A DNA stretch of 63,903 nt, filler included, from Octopus bimaculoides (taxonomy: Eukaryota), in the NCBI RefSeq assembly GCF_001194135.2. It is 5 parts of 5 records of this genome, joined end to end, with 100 filler letters (N's around TTAATTAATTAA, not from the genome) between each part and the next. Parts side by side here need not be neighbours in the genome. Positions count along the whole stretch, not along the records: positions 36,786 to 62,759 come from NC_068981.1; positions 62,860 to 63,903 come from NW_026408739.1; 3 more parts are not named here. One strand, 5' to 3'. The notes under the pieces were generated by a model. It did not search any database and had not been told where the DNA came from. It was given only the letters and a program-made list of their open reading frames with translations. This document shows, one piece after another, positions 52,151 through 63,903 of the stretch. The number at the start of each line of letters is the position of its first letter. Within the stretch, counting starts at the first letter, position 1. The position numbers were made by a program, and so were the translations under genes.

Positions 52151-55042
52151 TGACACACACACATACACACACACACATATAATATATACATACGTATACA
52201 TGTGTGCGCGTGTCTGTGTGTAATAAAACATATGCATATAAGCGAGGTACTGCACCGTTTCGTCTGATCATTTCAAATATTATTCAGGAAAATACTCAAG
52301 GAGTTATTAAAAGAAATATAAATTCGAGTTATGACATAAGTCTATGTGAAATCGATAAATGGATTGATCAAACTTAAAATATACGTCGTAAATCAAATAC
52401 GAAGTCATGTATTATGTATGTGCTTCTCTCTTATGAGTATTGCATGTGTGTGCTTCCGTATTATGAATATTGTGTGTGTATGCTTCCGTATTTCTAGAAG
52501 TGTTTCTTTAGATTTTTAATCATCGCGTGCAAAAGTCGTGGTATAGTACTGCTTTCATGCGTATAAGTGTGTGTCTGTGTATGTGTATGAATGTGTGTGA
52601 GTGTGTGTGCGTTTGTATGTGATTGCCTGTGTGTATATGTAAGTGTGTCTCTTTGAATGTGGGTATATGTATGTTTAAGTGCATGTATGTGTATTTATGT
52701 ATGTGTGTGTATGTGCAAGTGTCTATGTATGTAGGTGCGTGTATATATGTGTGTAGGTATGTGTTTGTAAGTGAATGTCTGTGTGAATGTGAGTATATGT
52801 ATGTGTTTAAGTCTGTTTCTGTGTATGTATGCGTGTGGAGGTGCGAGTGTGTGTAGATGTGTGTGCGTATATATAAGCATGTCTATGTGAATGTGATTAT
52901 ATGTATGTGTTTAAATGCATGTATGTAGTGTATGTATGCGTGTGTCTGAGCGAATGTGTGTAGGTGTGTATGTGAGTGTGTATATGGGTGAGTGCATGTA
53001 TGTATGTATGTGTACATCTCTGTGTAAGCGTGTGTATGTGCGTGTAAGTGCGTGTATGTGTGTGTATGTTTCTAAGTGTGTATATATGTGTGCGTGTATG
53101 TATGTGTGTATATGTATCTGTGTATGTGAGGGTGTGTGCAAGTGTTTGTATATATATGTGTGTGTATATAGGAGTGAGAGTGCGTGTGTGTGTGTGTATA
53201 TATATATATGTGTGCGTGTGTTAACATTTTATACACCATAAAAAATGTACGAGTGACTTATATGTGCAGCGCCCATTGCAACAACGATAACTGTGCTTTC
53301 TGTATTTCCGGATCTCTCTCGAATTTTTCTTCATCTTAAACCTGGTCTGTAACTATTCCAAGGCAAGTGATCTTGAAGAATATTTATAGCCTAAAAGAAA
53401 ATGCTTTCTAGTTTGTTAGCTTTTGAGGGGGTTTTTTTTTTGTTTTTAGTTCTGAGTGAAAGTCTTACCGAAGACAACTTTGCTTTTCACCTTTTTCATA
53501 TCGAAAAATATAATTCCTCAACTGGGCGGTGGATTGGCTAGATTTTTATAGCACCATCTTTATGGCTGGATTTTTATGCCATACTTTATTCCGACTCTTT
53601 ATGCTCTGAATTCTTGAGCGACAAACTTAAGTGACTTTAACAGATTTCATACTAATGCAAGCATTTGAACCAGATCATCGATTTGAGGAGGACTTCCGCC
53701 GTTCTTCCTGCCAATCTTCCTGCCAAAATATTGTAGTGGGTGCGCAAAAAGCAGCGTTGTGAATGAAAAGGTATGTTTGGGACATAATTTGCCAGCAAAA
53801 AGACCGTAATCATTGCTAACTGGCTGTGGAGGACCTACAGACAATAGGTGTGGAAAAACACCAATCGTCATTTCAAAGTGTCCTCTCTCAGCGGAACAGT
53901 GTATGCATTTCTAGCTTCCTGGTTATGATCAGTACTTTCTACTGAACAGGTGTAGTAGAAATATGCCCCAAACATATTTGAGCAGATTTCAATGTTTGCT
54001 TATTCGGAACACCGCTTGCGCATGTCTACTATGTGCTTTAGCAGACCCGGCATCACCCGTGAACAGCTCAACTTTTGATGTTGGTTCACTGTAAAGAAGC
54101 AACTGTTTCCGAAGTTCGTTCAGAGTTACCTCTCTTGCGGTACACGGTGCTAAGGAATGAGAAATGCATTCGATGTTCTGCCAAGGAAGGGCATTTTTGA
54201 AATGATCGTTAGTGCATTTCAATACTGATTGCCTAAAGCAAGAAAGGTTCTCCATAGCGAATTATCTGTGAATTCGGCCTTTGTACAGGTCAAATACATC
54301 CCAAATATAATTGTTTCTTGATGTGTGTGTGTGTGTGTGTGTGTGTACATATCAATATACCCAGTCCGTGTTCCTTTTCTACCAAACCAGAAAAGGAATG
54401 CGAATTATATACAATCAGATTTATTTCTGTCTCTAAAGCTATGTGTAATTCTATTTCATTTTTTCCCATTCTTTCTGCTCTCTTTTATCCTATATTTCTA
54501 CTTTAAAATGAAGACAATCGTTTGGCAAGATAATTCAAAATAACTGATTAATTAACTACTATTTACTGCTTATTGTTGTAGGGTCTTGTCCCCAAACATT
54601 CAAAATAGGCCATCCGTGGATGCCGAAAAAGAACCATTAAATCTCAAATGGATTCCTCGACATACTATGTTATGTCAATGACAATGATAATTACTTTTAG
54701 CAAAATAGGAAAAAAAAATTACGTATGTTTTATTCTGTTGCACAAATCTCTGTACCAGTAATTAAACTGTTTGTGTAGAGAAACACAAAAGAGTACACGA
54801 CGACAGCGAGATACCTTCGTTTGCATGGTATTAGATGGGTTAGATATGACGTAATTTATTCACAAACTGGTGCTGAAACAACATGAAATGTCAAAGTGTA
54901 CTAACGCGCATACCTATTTTAGGCACACACTCACACACACACTCACACACACACACGCACACACAAATACACACACACTCACACACACACACACACACGC
55001 ACACAAATACACACACACATTAACATATACACACGCACACAG

Positions 55043-56165
<1,123 letters not shown>

Positions 56166-56478
56166 GTCTGAACACGTCACAGCCACTGCCCATCGTACTT
56201 ATACTAAAGAACACCGGTTCATCACCACCTTCTATTTTCTTTTTATAGAAGGTTTTAAACCCGAAATTTTGAAATAAAATGGAAAAGTACTTTTGTGTTG
56301 TTTTGTTTCTGTTCTTTAGAATTTATATCTAGGTTGCATTACACAGACCATCTGAGTCAATTTTATCCTCCCTGCTCTTCCTCTCTCTCTCCACTCACTC
56401 TTTCTTTCACTCTCTTTCTTACTCCATGCATACATACAAATGTATACATTTATATACATATATACATGTGAATTTGTG

Positions 56479-56525
<47 letters not shown>

Positions 56526-56561
56526 CTTTCTGTTGAAGAGCGTAGGCTCGAAACGTAAAAG
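56526..56561 (+). ncRNA. Minimal hammerhead-like motif with variant core (CTGTTGA)
   Basis: CTTT/AAAG stem I; CTGTTGA (56530-56536) plus A; stem II GAGC-GTAG-GCTC; GAAAC-GT-A. The architecture matches 5611-5656, but the conserved core A6 is T. Confidence 0.6.
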
Positions 56562-56989
56562 ATGTTTTATTTTCCCGAGCGTCAAACTAATACACTTGCT
56601 GGTTGTTAATACACTTGTCTTCGGCTTTTGTTTTTCTACAAATTTCAATTATATACGCATATACATGTGTGTGCATGTCGGTATATATGTATATATGTAC
56701 GTATGAGTGTGTGTATGTATTATGTAAGTATTTATGCGTATTTATGATTTTCATTACTTATATTTGCTAATCTAATGGCAAAATTATGTATACAAGTCAA
56801 TTTCTGTTAAACATTATTCTTCTTAAATATCTCATAACATTAATTGCTTCTCGGAAAAATGTAATAAAACAACCATTGTCTACCAACACTCATATATACA
56901 CATTAGCACTGAAGAAGTCATTAAAACAAATCATTTTACATTTTCTGTTATTCCATGTCCGAGAAGTATTGTTCGATTATTTATGTTTC

Positions 56990-58050
56990 CACCTGTCATT
57001 ATAATAAGAGGTTGCTTCATTAAAAGATGAAATATTTGATAACCGTAATACTTTTCAAAGAAATAACCATATTAACACTTCATTAATGGTAGGCATGTGA
57101 TTTGTATAAATAATCATGTTTTCTAGCCTTTCATTTTCATGTTAAATGTTGAGGATTTGTGGTGTCTGAGTTTAAAGTGATATCTAAAATAATAATTCTA
57201 TGCAAATTTCCATCAACTACGACTTTTAGATATGAGTCTCTAAATAAATCAAAAACGATTTTTTTTATGATTCTCTCCATCTGTTGAGCAATATCTGTAT
57301 ATCCGTCATCTCTATATAAACCACATTGCAAATTAATAGATATATTATGTATTAGATCTAACAAAGTTTAAAAAACCATATTCATAGATTTTTGCAGAAC
57401 CTCAATTACCTTTAGCTATACGTTTTTTTGTATACATGATTTGGTGAATAGACGTCAGCGTTAGTAAGCTAAGAATATTTTCTAATTATCTCCAATTGTT
57501 CGGAATGCCTATTTCCGTCATCTCGATATAAGCCACTCTGCACATTTTAAAATATATTGTGCATTAGATCTGAAATGCAAAATCAGAAACAAAATACTGA
57601 TAAATTTCTTCAAAACCTCGGCCACCCGTAGCTATGTGTTTTTGCATACCTGATTATTTCGACAGAAGAATCGGTGATTGAAATGCAATTTTTATGAAAT
57701 TTAATGCTTGGTGAAGGTCATTATGTCAATGACAGCAAACTAGAAATATTTTCAAATTATCTCCAATTTTGGTATACCCATATTTCGTATGATATAATAA
57801 ATTCGTCATCTTGATATAAACCAAATTGAGAATTATCAAATATATTGTATATTAGAACTAAAATGTGAACTCAAAAATTTGAAAAATACCCATTAAATCC
57901 TGAAGAAACTTGGGTACCCGTAACTATTAGTTTTTGCATATAGGATTATTTTGACGTAATTATCAATGATTAAAATGTAGTTCCTGACGAAAGCTAATAC
58001 TTTTGAAACAAGGAATCAGTTAGTCATCATGGAGTCAATGACAGCAAACA
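56990..58050 (-). mobile_element. Penelope-like element (PLE) RT remnant with internal triplication
   Basis: Minus strand: GLYRDDG, QQMERI.KKIV..LF, ILDITLN, RLSNISSFNEATSYYND. The GLY(R/Q)DD segment recurs at 57303-57322, 57515-57534 and 57803-57822. Confidence 0.75.
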
Positions 58051-58529
58051 AGGATGCCAACCAATAGTAACTGTAATAGTAACAATTGCTATAATAGCAT
58101 CGATAAAACTGAACTGGGGTTAGTAAATAATGGTAAATTTATTTCTGTTTAATTCTGAGAAGAATTAATGTCTTAACGTACTTTTATTTATTCTACCTAA
58201 CTCACATTCAGTTGGATTATTAACCTTATAGGTTAATAATCCAAATCAGGTTGTTAATAAAATTCTGAATGTTGTTCTTAAATGTTATGTAAGTACATTG
58301 TAAAACTAGACATTCAAGAATGTCATATATTTGCAACAACCAGCAAGCTGATTCCTTCATTTTGGTGTCGATAAACCTAAACTTACTATTATTAATTTGG
58401 TTTTACAAAAATTAGTAATACTACTCGATAAAAATTTGGTACACCGGCCTCTACTAATTTCATTTAAATTTTGATCATATTTAAAATTATTTTTTAAATT
58501 CTCTTGAAATTTGTTGCTCATTATTTTGA

Positions 58530-59438
58530 AAAACATCGGGAAAACTAAAGTTATGAAGGGAGAAATGTGTACTGAGATTTAACACTACATTAGGTGTGTA
58601 CTTAGACTCGGATGACATTTATTACAAGTGCGAGTTTTACTCAAGTGCGACATATACATCATTGCAATTTATCCACAAGTGCGACTCATACGCGAGTAAA
58701 TACAGTATATATGGTCAACAATGGGCAGTGTATTGTCCCCTTGACTAAGACACTTCATTTTACCCTGATCTTGTCTATTCTGATACAAAGGTGAAGTGAC
58801 CGAGAGGATATATATATATATATCTTAGCAGCTAATTAGCCATCAAATGACTATGCTACCAAGCCATATGGGATCACCAGTAACAGCCGGGCTTACATGA
58901 GTTAATGAGCTTAGTAGCTGCGGATGCAGCAACAGCTGCAGAAACGCAGTGATTTCAGTGGTCTCACAGGCTCATTTACTGCAAGGGCGTATCTTCATTG
59001 CAGAGGAGCATCACTATAGTGGAGCCATTTTGGGAAGTCGGGTGCATAGTTGGAAAGACAGGTGTATTGTCAGAAAAGCAGAGAACTCCTGCGCTGTTGC
59101 TCAGCTTACTAGAAATATCCAAATCGCAATTACTATTTCATTTTGAACGAAAAGAGGAGAATACATTGGAAAATGTAGTCTTAGATACACTATACCTGGA
59201 GAAAGAGTCGAAATTTTCATTGCTGGAACGCTTTTAATCAGAAACACGCTCGATTAAAGTAGGGGAGGGGGAGGTAACAAAAAATTAAACAATAACAACT
59301 GTTCGCACCCCTAATTTCGTGTTAAATCTTCCGTACAAAATTCATACCTTTAGCTTTATCCCATGTACAAGTCACACACCAGAGTTTTCGTTAAAGTCAA
59401 GTATAAACTGTGCAATTTATACACGAGCAAATAGGGTA
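58530..59438. mobile_element. Two pogo/Tigger-like terminal fragments
   Basis: GCGACTCATACGCGAGTAAATACAG-TA (58681-58707) and TGCAATTTATACACGAGCAAATAGGG-TA (59411-59438) resemble the pogo terminus at 32232-32258. Confidence 0.45.
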
Positions 59439-59530
59439 TGCTTGTATGTGTATATATGTATAAATATATACACATATATATAAATATACGGACATATATG
59501 TATATATGTATGTATATATATGTATGTATG

Positions 59531-59563
<33 letters not shown>

Positions 59564-59564
59564 G

Positions 59565-59602
<38 letters not shown>

Positions 59603-59685
59603 TGTATATATATATATATATGTATTATATATGTATGTATGTATATATGTATGTATATATGTATGTATATATGTATATATTATGT

Positions 59686-59725
<40 letters not shown>

Positions 59726-60169
59726 ATATATATATGTATGTATATATGTATGTATATACGTACGTATGTATATGTGAATATATATATGTATATATATATA
59801 CGTGTGTGTGTTTGTGCGTGTGTGCTAGTGTTCTTTAGACACAATAAACAGTAGACAAGCGGGGATATTCAGATATTTCGAAGTAGGTGAACTGCTTTGA
59901 CTAGATAATCTCATAAGCATTTAAAACATTCTGAGAACAAAGAATGTGAACTCAATGATAAATAGATTAGAGAAAGTTATCGATTAAAGACCGTTTGTTG
60001 TTCTTTATACGAAAGTTGCTTGTGAGAAAACTTGTTGTCAATCATCTCTGCACACAAGCACACAGAAAATCTGATTAAATCTGTACTCATGTCATAAGTC
60101 CGTCAAATGTTATGTTTTAAATCTTTTTGAAAATAATTTTTTACAAATCACATGAATGTACGTACGCAC

Positions 60170-60227
<58 letters not shown>

Positions 60228-60315
60228 ACTTTTATGACACACCTGTACCCAGAACACAAACGACGCAAAACAAATTACACACACATGCATGCACGCATAT
60301 ATAAACATACACATA

Positions 60316-60529
60316 CGAGGAGGTACTGAAAATTCCTGGCTTTAAGAGTATCGCGAAAGGCCTGGTTGAAGACCCAACCTTCCAAGTTCTTTTATACGGT
60401 TTAGAAAGACTGAAGGCCCGCTGCAATAACTGTGTGAATCAGAGGGGTATATGTTCAATAAAATCATAATCAACTGATCCTCCTGTATTTTCTTTTACTC
60501 AAAGCCAGGAAATTTTCAGCAACCCCTTG
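60316..60529 (+). mobile_element. Mariner-derived MITE
   Basis: TA-flanked imperfect TIRs CGAGGAGGTACTGAAAATTCCTGGCTTT and AAAGCCAGGAAATTTTCAGCAACCCCTTG. The interior keeps the mariner C-terminus GLERLKARCNNCVN.RG.YV.*. Confidence 0.8.
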
Positions 60530-60562
60530 TACATGCATTATACATACATAAATTAACACATA

Positions 60563-60917
60563 CTGACAAGTGTAAGCATAACAGGTCGGACATTGTTGTT
60601 TGGGACAGATAAGAAAAAGCATTTACTGTCATAGAGGCCAGCTGTCCTATTGATGTAAATATCTCTTTCAAAATCAAAGAGTAAGAAGATAACTATTGAC
60701 AACCACTTCGAAACCTCCAGCTTCGATATCCAGGTTATAAATTCAAATTTATATCAGTAATAATTGATACACTTGGTTTTGTGAGTAAATACCAAAGCGA
60801 CAATCCGGATAAGTTAGGCTTTTCAGAAAAAGAAATCAACCAACTCACACATTATAAATACAATCTGTAAGTGGAACAGTAAAAATATACAAGACTTTTC
60901 TCAAGCTTAAAATATGA
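60563..60917 (+). mobile_element. 3' RLE endonuclease domain of a non-LTR retrotransposon (a different family from the two above)
   Basis: With premature stops, it reads KCKHNRSDIVVWDR*EKAFTVIEASCPIDVNISFKIKE*EDNY*QPLRNLQLRYPGYKFKFISVIIDTLGFV...SGTVKIYKTFLKLKI* (TGA at 60915-60917), a degenerate PD-(D/E)xK-type RLE. Confidence 0.82.
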
Positions 60918-62759
60918 CATTGTTTTTATTATCTACATTCCAACGATGGATCTTTGTATCTTTGTTAGAGACCAGCTCTTTCTCCTGGGGAAGAATTTAT
61001 ACAGCAGCCGGCGTGATGGCAGATTAAGTCTTCACCAGATGGTGAGACTGGTCCTTAAGTGTGTCATCCGCCGCAATCTACGACTGCTGACTTCAGGTTA
61101 TGTCTTCGTTAGAAAAACTGCTGATTCTGCGGGACTAGCTGAACAGAATCAGCAATTAATAGCGTCCTACGATTTACCGTTGCTCTCTGCGGGTCTACCG
61201 AGTGCAGCCCTGACATCCGGCTGGTGCACTACCATAGATGGGCATCCCATCCAGTGCGTGGGGCGTGTGCGGCGGCGTTTCGTGGGGATGCAATCGGTAA
61301 TAGTTAAATTAGTAAGCCGGGTGGGCCCGGTAATTGAAAACAGAAAAGAACATATATACATAGACATAAACATACATAACTCTAACGGGTCTACTAACCG
61401 ACTGCCTTGTGTACATACACGTAGTGTGCCCTGATGTTAAACTTCGGAATAATAGCACTTGCGGTATTTGCTCGGACTCTCTGAGTTCAAATTTCATATC
61501 GTCCGCTTTGGTCAATTTTGTCTTTCATTCTTTCGGGGCCGATAAAATAAAATAACCAGTCATGTGCTAGATCGATTCCACGACACACACACACACACAC
61601 ACTCACTCTCTCTCACCATTTAGCTTTTCTCTATCCCACACACGCCCTCAGTCTTCATCGTCACTTTTTCCCTCACTCACTCTTCATGTCTGCTTCTTTC
61701 TTTCTCTCTTTCTCTCACTCTCTTTCTCTCACTCTCTTTCTCTCTATCTTTCTATCTATCCGAATAAGCTGCTCTGTGTCGCTAGTTACACCACCGTTTT
61801 CCTTCGATTCCATTATTTCTCTTATATCCCTATACTACTGCCCAGGGTTGCAATCATCGAGGCTCTAGGACAGCGATTGCAACTTTTCGTCAACTGGGAG
61901 CCGCATCGTACCATTTCCAAGTAGGAGAGGGTCGCATGATAAAACACATGATGTAATGTATTAAGTCCATTTGCTTTTACATGTATGTTAACATATTGTA
62001 CTATGTCTCTGTAACCTTTTTATATTTTTTATATCTTTATTTTTCCTCTCTTTCTGTACAATGAACATCCTGATGAAAGGAGTGTCTAATTTCTGATATG
62101 AGTACTACACCATATTAATAGACACATCTCAGATGGTTCCTTTTAACATTACCTATGTATTGTACGGGTTTTTTTATATAGTATATATACATATCCTTTT
62201 CTAATGCACACGTTTTTAATATAATACATGTAAATTTATAATATCATATCAAATTGTATCATATGTATATATTTTCCTATTATATGTGAAATCATACTGT
62301 ACGTTTATATATCGTAATGTATTATCTTAAATTGTCAAACATTTTTATAAGACTTGGAAACTATGCATGTTTTTAAATATTTTTAAATAAATATTTTAAA
62401 CATTCATGATATTTCTGAAGTTTATATCGTTGTATATGCCTGTATACATTGTTTTACCTTACTTTTTAGACATNNNNNNNNNNTGTATATGCCTGTATAC
62501 ATTGTTTTACCTTACTTTTTAGACATTTTAGAGACTTAAAACTATATATTTATTGATTCTAGAATGAATTGAACACACACACGCACCCACATATTAAATC
62601 TTGCGTTGGATATACGGTATTGATCCTGTGGTCATCCACCCTTATGTATCCATTCTTACTATAATGTATATTTAAATCTATACATATATAAATATATATA
62701 TTTATTTATTTATATATATATATATATTTATATATATATACATATATAAATATAGACAT

Positions 62760-62859
62760 NNNNNNNNNNNNNNNNNNNNNNNNNNNNNNNNNNNNNNNNN
62801 NNNTTAATTAATTAANNNNNNNNNNNNNNNNNNNNNNNNNNNNNNNNNNNNNNNNNNNN
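62760..62859. other. Artificial 100-nt scaffold spacer
   Basis: 44 N + TTAATTAATTAA + 44 N. Confidence 0.95.
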
Positions 62860-63903
62860 ATATGGTAAAAGTAAGTATATATATATACAAAATCTTTTAC
62901 TTGTTCCAATCATCAGACTGCGGCCATACTTGGGCACCACCTTGAAGGATTTTAGTTGGATGACTCGACAATGATTCCAAAAATTGCAGTATAATATTAT
63001 ATGATCCCGATTTTAAATTAAACTACATCCAAACATACGCAATCTGTGTCACATTCAGAAAATGTTCCCTGCCGGAAAAGAAAGAATAATTCGATCGCGG
63101 AAAGAGTTGAACTCACGAAGTCTGGACAAATATTATTACAGACTCCAAGAATGACACGCAACAGATTCCGCCAATTCGCCATCATTTTAGAAACCTGCAA
63201 TATAAAATAAACATTTAAAAAAAAAATATTTCGTAAATGCCATGTGCTTGACTAAAATCGCTTGAATGTAGTGCTCCAGCATTGCCCCGGTCTAATTACT
63301 AAAAATCAGCAAGTGAGCGAAAAAAAGTAGACATCTTGGAATTGCTATTATTTGGCTATGCACCACACACACCAACATACATACATACTTACATGCACAC
63401 ACACACACACACACACACACCAACATACATACATACTTACATGCACACACACACACACTCGCACAAACACATGCACACACACCGACATACGTACACACAC
63501 ACCGACATACATACACACACACATACACTTCTGCATGTGAAATCTTAGCCGTGTGTCCAGTAGGAATAAATCAGTCTCCAATAATGTCTTTTTTGCTCCG
63601 CTCTTTTTTGTCATCACGTCCAGGGACCGAGACCGACCGTTGACCAACGCTGACCAACGCTGACCAACACATGAAACAAACTGTTCAGTTAGAGTTCAGT
63701 AGTTTGAGATATTAATGAGTCAAAGCTAGTTAAATGGTTTCGTCTCGTCTGGTAAAGTCACATTACTTGGTGGTGGTGCTGACGCCAGAGGTGGTGCTAA
63801 AAGAAACGTTGAATTTATTGAGGTGGTGTTCGTGGTGATGGCGGCAGCGGTGGCGGTTACAGCGACGACGGCGGCGGTGGTGGTGGTAAAAGTAAGTATA
63901 TAA

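Noticed and set aside
60946-61434. 162-aa plus-strand ORF as a protein gene
   Set aside because: No recognisable domain or splice context. The open frame is plausibly a by-product of local GC richness.
62433-62524. About 42-bp exact duplication around a 10-N gap
   Set aside because: Typical scaffolding overlap artefact.
63760-63897. Gly/Ala-rich exon ending AAA|GTAAGT
   Set aside because: Degenerate (GGT/GGC)n low complexity with no convincing acceptor, at the window edge.

Overview
This is not prokaryotic DNA. It is AT-rich, microsatellite-dense animal genomic sequence whose repeat families point to Octopus (inferred from recognised SINE and LINE families, not searched). Four identical 100-nt spacers (44 N + TTAATTAATTAA + 44 N) divide it into five pieces: 1-9453, 9554-30114, 30215-36685, 36786-62759 and 62860-63903. 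Adjacency across the spacers is not sequence-supported. One host gene is clear: two in-phase coding exons of a CRAL-TRIO protein most like CRALBP/RLBP1-clavesin (23410-23671, 26320-26435, + strand); its later exons were not found. The rest is mostly mobile DNA: R4/Dong-type RLE retrotransposons (two abutting (TAA)n), an RTE LINE carrying a nested SINE and MITE, a CR1-group LINE 3' end, a zinc-knuckle LINE ORF1, Penelope-like remnants, Tc1, pogo and mariner elements, a Helentron-type element and many tRNA-derived SINEs. The most interesting signals are: a complete minimal hammerhead ribozyme inside a fold-back, tRNA-Ser-headed short element (5411-5714); a second hammerhead variant (56526-56561); a 3' tail shared by the main SINE and a LINE; a triplicated Penelope RT catalytic segment; and a hairpin-dense GC-rich block just downstream of an RLE domain. 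Most ORF-track entries are microsatellite or N-gap artefacts.
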